A DNA stretch of 36,067 nucleotides from Bacilli bacterium (GTDB taxonomy: Bacteria > Bacillota_I > Bacilli_A > RF39 > UBA660): NCBI GenBank assembly GCA_007117285.1, contig SKGW01000013.1, forward strand, positions 1 to 36,067, read 5' to 3'. The notes under the pieces are model-generated. The model did no database searches and was not told the DNA's origin. It saw nothing but the letters and a program-made list of their open reading frames with translations. The number at the start of each line of letters is the position of its first letter. The stretch's first letter is position 1. Positions 11,040 through 19,212 of the stretch are shown in pieces. Both the position numbers and the translations under genes were made by a program.

Positions 11040-11695
11040 TTAACCTCATCTTAATTGCGCCACCAGCAGCTGGTAAAGGCACACAGGCCTCTTTGATTTC
11101 AAAAGAGTACGACATACCTCATATCTCGATTGGAGAAATTCTTAGAAAAGAAATTTCAAATAATTCTGATGTTGGTAAAATAGTAAAAAACATGATTGCC
11201 TCAGGCCAATTAGCACCTGATGATCTTGTTTCAAAACTCTTAGAAAAAAGGCTTTTAGAAGATGATTGTGAAAAAGGTTTTATCTTAGATGGATTTCCAA
11301 GGAATATCCACCAGGCCAACATCCTGGAAGAAATTTTAAAAAGCCAAAACAAACAAATAACAAAAGTATTTTTATTAAGCATAGATAAAGAAATAGCTAA
11401 AAAAAGACTCTTAGGGCGTTTAATATGTTCTAATTGTTCAGCAAACTATAATGATTTATTCGAAGATAGCAAACCTAATAAAAATGGTAAATGCGATCTT
11501 TGTTCAGGAACTTTAGTGAGACGAGAAGATGATAATGAAGAAACATTTGAAACTAGATTCTTATCTTATGAAAAAGATACCTTACCGATAATAGAACATT
11601 ATAATACGAGAAACATTTTAATAGAAATAGATGCAGGTATATCAGTGGAACATACATTTTCATTAATTAAAAAGGTGTTAAATGATAAAAATTAA
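11036..11695 (+). CDS. adk: Adenylate kinase (Cys4 zinc-lid type)
   Basis: P-loop APPAAGKGTQ and lid CSNC...CDLC. Its ATG overlaps the secY TGA stop in an ATGA junction. Confidence 0.95.
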   Translation: MINLILIAPPAAGKGTQASLISKEYDIPHISIGEILRKEISNNSDVGKIVKNMIASGQLAPDDLVSKLLEKRLLEDDCEKGFILDGFPRNIHQANILEEILKSQNKQITKVFLLSIDKEIAKKRLLGRLICSNCSANYNDLFEDSKPNKNGKCDLCSGTLVRREDDNEETFETRFLSYEKDTLPIIEHYNTRNILIEIDAGISVEHTFSLIKKVLNDKN

Positions 11696-12428
11696 AAATG
11701 AAAAACAAATAGAATTGCTTGAAAAAGCAGGTGAAATAGTTTATGATACGCATCAAGAGTTAAAAAAACACATAAAATGTGGAATAACAACCGATGAGCT
11801 AAATGATATAGCCGAGAGTTATATTATAAGTCAGAATGCAACACCATCATTTAAAAATTATCATGGATATCCAAAATCGATATGTACATCAATAAATGAA
11901 GAGGTTGTTCACGGAATTCCAAGTAATCGAAAACTTAAAAATGGCGACATAGTTTCAATTGATATTGGGGCCTACTATAAGGGCTACCATTCAGATTCAG
12001 CTTGGACATATCCAGTTGGTGATATAAGCGAGGATAAAGCGATCCTCCTCGAAAAAACCGAGAACTCTTTATATAAAGGATTAGAAGTTATTAAAGAAGG
12101 ATGCACAACCGGCGATATCGGCAACGCTATTGAATCGTATTTAAAAAAATATAATTTAGGTATTGTTGAAGTATTGGTTGGACATGGAGTTGGAAGTGAA
12201 CTACATGAACCACCAGACATCCCCAACTATGGAAAGAAAAAAACAGGTCCGGTTTTAAAAGCCGGAATGGTTATAGCTGTCGAACCTATGATTAATTTAG
12301 GCGCAAAAGAAGTTTTAATGCTCGAAGACGAATGGACAATTGTAACTGCTGATGGGAAACCATCCGTGCACTTTGAACATACGGTTTTAGTATTAAAAGA
12401 AGGATTTAAAATTTTAACAAAGAGGTGA
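11682..12428 (+). CDS. map: Methionine aminopeptidase type I
   Basis: Metal-ligand motifs are present (DIGA...GYHSD, GHGVG, EP, EHT). Confidence 0.95.
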   Translation: MIKIKNEKQIELLEKAGEIVYDTHQELKKHIKCGITTDELNDIAESYIISQNATPSFKNYHGYPKSICTSINEEVVHGIPSNRKLKNGDIVSIDIGAYYKGYHSDSAWTYPVGDISEDKAILLEKTENSLYKGLEVIKEGCTTGDIGNAIESYLKKYNLGIVEVLVGHGVGSELHEPPDIPNYGKKKTGPVLKAGMVIAVEPMINLGAKEVLMLEDEWTIVTADGKPSVHFEHTVLVLKEGFKILTKR

Positions 12429-12432
12429 TTAT

Positions 12433-12651
12433 ATGGCTAAAGAAGATATTATAGAGATAGAAGGAAAAGTATTAGAACTTCTACCCGGTGGAACATTTAG
12501 AGTAGAACTTGAAAATAAACATTTAATAACGGCACACGTTTCTGGTAAAATCCGAATGCATCACATTCGCATTTCAGCAGGAGATACAGTCATGATTGCG
12601 TTATCGCCGTATGACTTAACACGTGGTCGTATAACCTACAGAAGAAATTAG
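12433..12651 (+). CDS. infA: Translation initiation factor IF-1
   Basis: 72 aa with an S1-like fold. [16 protein letters not shown]-terminus and GRITYR motif. Confidence 0.96.
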   Translation: MAKEDIIEIEGKVLELLPGGTFRVELENKHLITAHVSGKIRMHHIRISAGDTVMIALSPYDLTRGRITYRRN

Positions 12652-12661
12652 GAGGTATATT

Positions 12662-12775
12662 ATGAAGGTAAGAGCGTCAGTAAAAAAAATATGTGACAAA
12701 TGTAAATTGATAAGAAGAAAAGGAAAAGTGTATGTAATATGCACTAATCCAAAACATAAACAAAGACAAGGATAA
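12662..12775 (+). CDS. rpmJ: 50S ribosomal protein L36
   Basis: Absent from the ORF track because it is too short. My own translation gives [37 protein letters not shown] (37 aa, CxxC...C...H zinc motif), preceded by a GGAGG RBS. Confidence 0.93.
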   Translation: MKVRASVKKICDKCKLIRRKGKVYVICTNPKHKQRQG

Positions 12776-12789
12776 TAGGAGGTGTTTTA

Positions 12790-13155
12790 ATGGCACGTAT
12801 TAAAGGTGTAGATGTCCCAGATAACAAAAGAGTTGTTATATCACTGACATATGTTTACGGAGTTGGAAAAAAATTATCAGAACAAATTTTGAAAACCGTA
12901 AAAATTGATGAAAACAGAAAAGTAAGTGACTTAACTACCGATGAGTTAGTATCAATTCGTGAAGAAATTGAAAAACATACAACTGAAGGAGATCTTCGTC
13001 GTGAAACTAGTATGAATATCAAAACAAAGATGGAAATCAATTCATACGAAGGAACAAGACATAAAAAAGGTTTGCCGGTTCGTGGACAAAGAACAAGCAG
13101 AAATGCTCGTACTCGTAAAGGAAAGCCAACAACAGTAGCAAACAAGAAAAAATAG
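12790..13155 (+). CDS. rpsM: 30S ribosomal protein S13
   Basis: [27 protein letters not shown]-terminus. Confidence 0.96.
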   Translation: MARIKGVDVPDNKRVVISLTYVYGVGKKLSEQILKTVKIDENRKVSDLTTDELVSIREEIEKHTTEGDLRRETSMNIKTKMEINSYEGTRHKKGLPVRGQRTSRNARTRKGKPTTVANKKK

Positions 13156-13179
13156 TTTTAACTAAAAGGAGGTTTAGTA

Positions 13180-13563
13180 ATGGCTTATAAAGCAAGAAAA
13201 AGAAAAGTTAAAAAAAATGTGCCAGAAGGTCGTGCATATATACATTCAACTTTTAACAACACAATTGTAACAATTTCTGATAAAGATGGAAATGCAATTA
13301 GTTGGGCTTCTGCAGGAACATTAGGTTTCAAAGGAAGTAAAAAATCAACGCCTTTTGCAGCAGGTATGTCTGCAGAAGCAGCTGGTAAAGCAGCAGTTGA
13401 AATGGGAATGAAAAGTGTAGATGTTTTAGTAAAAGGTCTTGGTTCTGGACGTGAAACGGCAATTCGTTCACTTCAAACTGCAGGTCTTGAAATAGAGTCA
13501 ATCACAGACGTAACCCCAGTTCCACATAATGGATGTCGTCCACCAAAACGCCCACGTGGATAA
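13180..13563 (+). CDS. rpsK: 30S ribosomal protein S11
   Basis: [14 protein letters not shown] and [12 protein letters not shown] motifs. Confidence 0.96.
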   Translation: MAYKARKRKVKKNVPEGRAYIHSTFNNTIVTISDKDGNAISWASAGTLGFKGSKKSTPFAAGMSAEAAGKAAVEMGMKSVDVLVKGLGSGRETAIRSLQTAGLEIESITDVTPVPHNGCRPPKRPRG

Positions 13564-13583
13564 AAGAAAAGGAGAGTGTAGAA

Positions 13584-14534
13584 GTGTTGAACTTTGAAAA
13601 ACCAGTATACAAAATAACAGAGTATATTGAAAACAACAATTATGGTAAATTTGAATTAGAGCCACTTGAAAGAGGATTTGGAACAACAATCGGAAATTCA
13701 CTTAGAAGAGTAATGCTATCTAGTTTGCCAGGAAGTGCAATTGTGGCAATTAAGGTTGAAGGAGCAATGCACGAATTTCAAACACTTGATGGAGTAGTTG
13801 AAGATTTAACTACAATTATCCTAAATCTTAAATCAGTTGCAGTTAGAAATCACTCTGGAGAAAGTAAAACAATTTCTTTGTTTGCAGATAAAGAAGGTAT
13901 AATTACTGCAGGTGATATTAAATGTGATGCTGATATTGAAATTGTAAATAAAGATTTAGTTATTGCGCACATTGCAGATGGTGGAAAATTAGATATTGAA
14001 ATGATAGTAACCAACGGAAGAGGGTATGCTCCTTCATCTGAAAATAAAATTCATATTGAAAATGAAAAAATTGGCTTTATTCCAATAGATGCATTATATT
14101 CACCAATTGAAAGAGTTAGTTATGATGTTGAAAGTGCTCGTGTTGGACAAAATGCCAATTATGATAAATTAACATTAAACGTTATGACAAACGGAGCATT
14201 AAGACCTGAAGAGGCTGTTTCAATAGCTTCAAAAATAATGGCTGAACACTTAAAAATACTTATGGATTTAAGTGAAGTAGCTGATTTAACTGGTGTTATG
14301 ACAGCTAAAAAAGAAGATAAAAAACAGAAGAAATTAGAAACTTCAATTGATGATTTAGACTTTACTGTTAGAGCAGAAAACTGTTTGAAAAAAGCAGGTA
14401 TTAAAACAATCGGTGATCTAACGGAAAAAACTGAATCAGAAATTAAGAAAATTCGAAATCTTGGACAAAAGTCATTAAAAGAAGTAATGGATAAAATTGC
14501 TGAACTTGGACTTAAGTTTAAAGAAGAAGAGTAG
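13584..14534 (+). CDS. rpoA: DNA-directed RNA polymerase alpha subunit
   Basis: GTG 13584 lies 9 nt after a GGAG RBS. VLNFEKPVYKI...GKFELEPLERGFGTTIGNSLRR matches the RpoA N-terminus. The ORF-track start at 13533 lies inside rpsK. Confidence 0.93.
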   Translation: MLNFEKPVYKITEYIENNNYGKFELEPLERGFGTTIGNSLRRVMLSSLPGSAIVAIKVEGAMHEFQTLDGVVEDLTTIILNLKSVAVRNHSGESKTISLFADKEGIITAGDIKCDADIEIVNKDLVIAHIADGGKLDIEMIVTNGRGYAPSSENKIHIENEKIGFIPIDALYSPIERVSYDVESARVGQNANYDKLTLNVMTNGALRPEEAVSIASKIMAEHLKILMDLSEVADLTGVMTAKKEDKKQKKLETSIDDLDFTVRAENCLKKAGIKTIGDLTEKTESEIKKIRNLGQKSLKEVMDKIAELGLKFKEEE

Positions 14535-14545
14535 GAGGAGGCATT

Positions 14546-14893
14546 ATGTATAGAAAACTCGGAAGAGATAATAAACATCGTAGAAGTATGTTAGCTAATC
14601 TTACTAGAGACTTAATTATGAATGAAGAAATCAAAACAACAGAAACAAGAGCAAAAGAAGTTCGCAAATTTGTTGATAAAATGATTACACATGGTAAAAA
14701 AGGAACTCTAGTTTCCAGAAGAAAAGTATTAGCATTTTTCCACAACGACAAAGAAGTTGCTGAAAAAGTTTGTGATGTTTTAGCAAAAAGATTTGAAAAT
14801 AGAGATGGTGGATACTCAAGAATCATCAAATTAGATGAAAGAAGAGGAGACAACGCTTTAATAGTTGTAATTAAATTAGTTGAAGAAAAGTAG
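14546..14893 (+). CDS. rplQ: 50S ribosomal protein L17
   Basis: MYRKLGRDNKHRRSMLANL N-terminus. It is the last gene of the alpha operon. Confidence 0.96.
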   Translation: MYRKLGRDNKHRRSMLANLTRDLIMNEEIKTTETRAKEVRKFVDKMITHGKKGTLVSRRKVLAFFHNDKEVAEKVCDVLAKRFENRDGGYSRIIKLDERRGDNALIVVIKLVEEK

Positions 14894-14910
14894 AGAAATC
14901 TACTTTTTTT
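14890..14910 (+). terminator. Short rho-independent terminator after rplQ
   Basis: GTAGA-GAAA-TCTAC hairpin (5 bp) followed by a T7 run. The stem is short, so termination is probably leaky. Confidence 0.5.
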
Positions 14911-14943
14911 ATTTACATTGAATTTTCAAATAACAAAAAATCA

Positions 14944-14972
14944 TTGCAAAAAAAAACTACAACTGATAAACT
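14944..14972 (+). promoter_or_regulatory. Candidate promoter of the mega-pilin gene, with an A9 tract in the -35/spacer
   Basis: TTGCAA (14944-14949), a 17-nt spacer, then TGaTAAACT (-10 at 14967-14972). The A9 homopolymer spans 14948-14956. Confidence 0.4.
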
Positions 14973-14993
14973 TTAAAAGTAGAGGTGAACTAG

Positions 14994-17900
14994 ATGATAA
15001 ATGGAACACGTAACAAAATAAAAAATTTAAAAGAGAAAAGAAAAAAGTCCTTAAGGGGCTTTTCTTTGGTGGAACTGTTGGGAGTGATTATACTTTTAAC
15101 AGTTATATTTATGATTGCAACACCAATCGTTTTAAATGTAGTTGAAGATGCTAGAAAATCAGCATTTGCATCAACTGTTTCTTCATTAGTGAAGATCACA
15201 GAAAATGATTGTTTGCAAAGTAGAATTTTTGGGGAGCCAGAAGATCACTATATAGTGTTTGAAAATGGTCAGCAAGAAGGCGAAAAAATAAGTTTTTCCG
15301 GTAGAGCACCGGAAACAGGAACTATTTATGTAACAACGGATTGTAAAGTTGCTTATACACTTCACGATGGGAATTGGTGTGCAGTTAAAACTTTTGAATC
15401 GGCTAATGCTGAAACACACAAAATTTCACCAGAACAGTGTAATTTTGAATACTTTGGAATTTCTACTACAGAGGGAATATTTGAATTAATTGCATTAGGG
15501 TATTTACCAATTTCAAGTATTGAAGATTTACAAGCAATAGGTCAGGGTGAGGCTGATAGAATATGGGGCGAAAGCTCAAGGTTTTCAGTTCAGGGAACTG
15601 GAACAATGACTTCAAATTATGTTATTGTGCAGAACCTAGATTTAACAAGCGTTAATTTTGAACCAATCGGATATCAAATCGGCAACGGTTATGATAGTTT
15701 TGAAGGAATCATAAACGGATATAATCACACATTATCTAATGGAGATATTGATTTTTTAGGTGACAACTATATTGGTGGATTAGTTGCTTATCTTGGAAAT
15801 AACGGCATTATTAGAAACATTAACTTAGAAGATTACTATGTTAGAGGGAACTTAAACGTAGGAGGAATAGCAGGGTTAAATAATGGTGTCATCCAAAATG
15901 CATCATTTACTTTAACAGTAGAAGGAACCGACAATGTTGGTGGAATAGCAGGGAATAACCAAGGTGATATATTTAATAGTGAAGTTACTTCAGTTTTAAT
16001 TGGTGAAAATCAATCATTTGGAAATGATATTGGATTAATATGCGGAGCAGGAACGTGTCCGCTAGTGACAAATGGAAACACAGCTGTTGGTGATATCATT
16101 TATAATTTTTATGATATAGTATTTAATGCAAACGGTGGAGCATTTACAACTATTGAGGGGAACCCAGTAACTGTAACTTCAACAGTGGCAAGAAATACAG
16201 TAACCTCAGAACCAGAAATACCAACGAGACAACATTATGAATTCTTGTGGTGGTTAGATGGAGCAACGCCGTATAATTTTTCAAATTTAGTTACAAGCGG
16301 AAAGACACTTCAAGCACATTGGGGTGTTACACTAGAAATATCAGCACCATTTGAACCAACATGGACTGTTTTAGCAACGAGTATAACAGCAGACATTTCA
16401 CTAGTTGCAAATGCAGATCAATATCGCATTAAACAAACAAGTGAAACAGAATGGTCAGAGTGGGCGGGTAATAATGTATTTACTAATTTACTACCATATA
16501 CTGAATATGACTTTCAAGCTCGTTCTCTAGATCCTTCAGTTTTGGGGAGTATCGCAACATATAGAACTCCAAAATTGGATAATGATGTTCCGGAATTTAC
16601 AGGAACAATAAACTGGACAATTCAAGTAGGAAACGTTACTGCAGAAGTTCCAAATGTTGGAGTAGGTGCAGAATACCGTGTTAATGGCGGAAGCTGGCAG
16701 ACGGGAAGAACATTTTCGTCATTAAATCCAAATGTTGAATATACATTTGAGGCAAGAATGGCGGAAACAGGAACGCACAATGCATCATTAGTTTCAAGTC
16801 CAATTATAGAAACAAGTCCAAAAGCCAATCAAACAATTGGAACTTTAGGAAGTCCATCATGGACAGTTCAAGAAGGAACAGTAACGGCAAGCTTACCTGC
16901 ATTAACAGGAGCAACTCACTATCGAGTTAATGGTGGAACATGGCAGACAGGAACAACATTTGCATCATTAAGCCCAGTAGTTGAATACACGTTTGAAGCA
17001 AGAAAAGCAGAAACAGCAACATTGAATGAAGTAATAAGTAATTCCGTTGCATCAACAAGTCCAAAAGCAAACCAAGCAGCACCAGCGCAACCATCATCAT
17101 CAAACTTACTGTTTGATAGAGTAACAATAACAGGAGCTGCAGGAACACAAGTAAGACAAGGTGTTGCAGGAACTGGATATAACACACCATACACATTTAC
17201 AGGACTGACACAAAATACATCATATAGTTTTTATGCATTCAGACCAGCAACAGCGACACTAAATGCCTCACCAAACAGTGTGGCAAGAACAGTAACAACA
17301 CCATTGCAAGTAGTAGCACCAGGTTTACCAGGAGCATTTACAAGTCCATCAGGAACATTGTTTAGAAATCAAACAGTAACAGTAACATGGGGAGGAACAG
17401 GTTCATGGGGAGTTCCAACATCAGGTCAGAATTATCGATTAGAAATTCAATATGATGCAGGAGCATGGAACTTAGTAGCTAATAATGGAACTTCAACAAC
17501 AAGAAGCCATACACTTGCAAGTGCGGGAAACTCAGTAAGATTTAGAGTAAGAGCAGAAAATTCAAGTGCTCAATCAGATTGGAGATATTCAAGTACATTA
17601 ACATTAACGTCTCCAGCTTGGGTGCTTACAACAGATAACTATCCATCAACACATTATTCAGGGTGTGATACAAGAAAAAATAGACTTCAAATAGGTTCGA
17701 GTTGGGTATACGGAGTTGGAACAATAGCAACTACTCCTGATGGCTGTTCAAACGCAAGTGGAGTTACAATATGGAGCGGTGACTTTCACTTATATGAATG
17801 GCGTGTTACTTTCTTAAGTGGTCCAGATACTTCAGTATGGGGATCAAATGCAACACTAAGAGCAGAATGGCCTTATACACTTCTTTATGGATATGATCCT

Positions 17901-18035
17901 CAGTTTACAAGTGCCGGACAGTCCTTCATATTTGACTCTGCAAGACACATAACTGGTTCACAATGGATCTTTGCTCCAGAAGAAACTTATGGAACGTCAT
18001 ATTTAAGAGTTGAACGAAGATTAAAAGTAAATTGA
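14994..18035 (+). CDS. Modular type IV pilin-like surface protein (prepilin signal and pilin head, GLUG-like beta-helix, Listeria-Bacteroides repeat, five Fn3-like modules, orphan C-terminal domain)
   Basis: An AGAGGTGA RBS precedes the start. The 22-aa basic leader ends in G, followed by FSLVELLGVIILLTVIFMIATP (class III signal, with E5 and P22 in mature numbering). GG[IL][AV]G repeats are spaced 26-29 aa apart. DIVFNANGG...HYEFLWW...LQAHW fits a Flg_new-type repeat. Repeated WT(V/I)..G.VTA...YRVNGG.WQTG..F..L.P.VEYTFEAR modules follow. Confidence 0.85.
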   Translation: MINGTRNKIKNLKEKRKKSLRGFSLVELLGVIILLTVIFMIATPIVLNVVEDARKSAFASTVSSLVKITENDCLQSRIFGEPEDHYIVFENGQQEGEKISFSGRAPETGTIYVTTDCKVAYTLHDGNWCAVKTFESANAETHKISPEQCNFEYFGISTTEGIFELIALGYLPISSIEDLQAIGQGEADRIWGESSRFSVQGTGTMTSNYVIVQNLDLTSVNFEPIGYQIGNGYDSFEGIINGYNHTLSNGDIDFLGDNYIGGLVAYLGNNGIIRNINLEDYYVRGNLNVGGIAGLNNGVIQNASFTLTVEGTDNVGGIAGNNQGDIFNSEVTSVLIGENQSFGNDIGLICGAGTCPLVTNGNTAVGDIIYNFYDIVFNANGGAFTTIEGNPVTVTSTVARNTVTSEPEIPTRQHYEFLWWLDGATPYNFSNLVTSGKTLQAHWGVTLEISAPFEPTWTVLATSITADISLVANADQYRIKQTSETEWSEWAGNNVFTNLLPYTEYDFQARSLDPSVLGSIATYRTPKLDNDVPEFTGTINWTIQVGNVTAEVPNVGVGAEYRVNGGSWQTGRTFSSLNPNVEYTFEARMAETGTHNASLVSSPIIETSPKANQTIGTLGSPSWTVQEGTVTASLPALTGATHYRVNGGTWQTGTTFASLSPVVEYTFEARKAETATLNEVISNSVASTSPKANQAAPAQPSSSNLLFDRVTITGAAGTQVRQGVAGTGYNTPYTFTGLTQNTSYSFYAFRPATATLNASPNSVARTVTTPLQVVAPGLPGAFTSPSGTLFRNQTVTVTWGGTGSWGVPTSGQNYRLEIQYDAGAWNLVANNGTSTTRSHTLASAGNSVRFRVRAENSSAQSDWRYSSTLTLTSPAWVLTTDNYPSTHYSGCDTRKNRLQIGSSWVYGVGTIATTPDGCSNASGVTIWSGDFHLYEWRVTFLSGPDTSVWGSNATLRAEWPYTLLYGYDPQFTSAGQSFIFDSARHITGSQWIFAPEETYGTSYLRVERRLKVN
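16608..17075 (+). repeat. Tandem imperfect direct repeat (two ~225-nt units with a ~246-nt period) encoding adjacent Fn3-like modules
   Basis: Unit A is 16608-16832 and unit B is 16854-17075. Both encode ...WT(I/V)Q.G.VTA..P....GA.YRVNGG.WQTG.TF.SL.P.VEYTFEAR.AET.T.N....S....TSPKANQ. Confidence 0.85.
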
Positions 18036-18060
18036 CAAATTTAAATCATTTTGTTAAAAT
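18032..18060 (+). promoter_or_regulatory. Near-consensus sigma-A promoter driving the T-box leader and proC
   Basis: TTGACA (18032-18037, overlapping the mega-pilin TGA stop), a 17-nt spacer containing TGt, then TAAAAT (18055-18060). Confidence 0.6.
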
Positions 18061-18066
18061 TAATGA

Positions 18067-18316
18067 AATCAAAAAGCATTGATCGAGAATTATTACAAAA
18101 TAATTAGCAATTAAGAGAAAGAATCAAATAGGTGAAAGATTCTATTGTGAAAATTTGGAACCTCTCTCGCTAGCTGCAAGCGAAAGCTTAGCCGTATCCA
18201 GTAACGTTACAAACTGGCTGATATCGCTTTTTGCCGTATCGGAAAAAGATAATTCATTTGAATTAACAAAGGTGGTACCGCGAACTTCGCCCTTTAATTA
18301 GGGTGGAGTTTTTTTA
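18067..18316 (+). promoter_or_regulatory. T-box riboswitch leader with a probable proline (CCU) specifier
   Basis: Stem I distal motifs are AGAGA (18114-18118) and GGTGAAAG (18131-18138). GAA-CCT lies at 18158-18163. An F-box-like CGTTA sits in the hairpin CCAGT..ACTGG. The T-box sequence is AAAGGTGGTACCGCG (18268-18282). The canonical antiterminator has helix A1 AAAGG/CCTTT, a 7-nt bulge TGGTACC and helix A2 GCGA/TCGC. The competing terminator pairs 18286-18293 with 18300-18307 and is followed by a T7 run. Confidence 0.85.
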
Positions 18317-18330
18317 TTGGAGGAGATTAT

Positions 18331-19176
18331 ATGAAAAAAATAGGGTTTATAGGAGTAGGAAATATGGCGGAGGCTATGATTGACGGAATGCTTCAATCAG
18401 GAGAGTTTTCGTCAGAACAAATATTAGTAACAAATAAGAATAATTCAGAGAGGTTAAAAAAAATTCAAACAAAATTCAATGTTGAATACTTTTCAAAAAA
18501 GAAACTTGTTGAAAAAAGTGATGTTTTAATAATTGCTGTCAAACCACAAGATTTAAAAGATGTGTTATTAAATATCAAAAATTTTATTAAAAAAGATATT
18601 TTAATTATCTCGGTTGTTGCCGGAGTTGACATTGAAAGTATTATTAATTATCTCGGTAAAAAGTTACCAATAATTAGAGCGATGCCAAATACATCAGCGC
18701 GCGTTAATTATTCAGCAACAGCTATGGCGGTGTCTAAAAATATCAAAGATGAAGAAGTGGGAATGGCACATAAAATTTTATCATGTGTTGGAACTGTTCA
18801 TCTTGTTGAAGAAAATAACTTAGATGCAGTGACTGGATTAAGCGGAAGCGGGCCTGCTTATGTATATTCGTTTATCAATGCAATGATAAAAGGTGGGGAA
18901 GAACAAGGGCTTTCACATGAATTATCAGAGAAACTGGCATTTCAAACTCTAAGAGGAGCTCTTGAGATGATTACTGTTACAGGTAGTGAAATAGATGAAC
19001 TGATAGTGCAAATTTGTTCGCCAAACGGAACAACTGTAGCTGGTCTAGGTGTTTTAAAAGAAACTTTTTTTGAAGATAATATAAAAAAAGCAATATCAAC
19101 AGCAACAAACAGATCAAAACAACTTTGCTTTGAAAATAAAGTTGGAATAATAACTCCTCAAAAAACTTGCCAATAA
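18331..19176 (+). CDS. proC: Pyrroline-5-carboxylate reductase
   Basis: IGFIGVGNMAEAM NAD(P)-binding motif plus RAMPNT, GSGPAY and SPNGTT motifs. Confidence 0.93.
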   Translation: MKKIGFIGVGNMAEAMIDGMLQSGEFSSEQILVTNKNNSERLKKIQTKFNVEYFSKKKLVEKSDVLIIAVKPQDLKDVLLNIKNFIKKDILIISVVAGVDIESIINYLGKKLPIIRAMPNTSARVNYSATAMAVSKNIKDEEVGMAHKILSCVGTVHLVEENNLDAVTGLSGSGPAYVYSFINAMIKGGEEQGLSHELSEKLAFQTLRGALEMITVTGSEIDELIVQICSPNGTTVAGLGVLKETFFEDNIKKAISTATNRSKQLCFENKVGIITPQKTCQ

Positions 19177-19195
19177 TTACTTTAATAGTTATAAT
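19167..19195 (+). promoter_or_regulatory. Internal promoter for gpsA, embedded in the 3' end of proC
   Basis: TTGCCA (19167-19172), a 17-nt spacer, then TATAAT (19190-19195). Confidence 0.5.
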
Positions 19196-19212
19196 TAATG
19201 TGGAGGTATATT

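Noticed and set aside
14894-18330. The mega-pilin locus as a mobile genomic island.
   Set aside because: No integrase, transposase, flanking direct or inverted repeats, or tRNA attachment site is visible. Only a mild compositional shift is seen, so a mobile-element call is unsupported.
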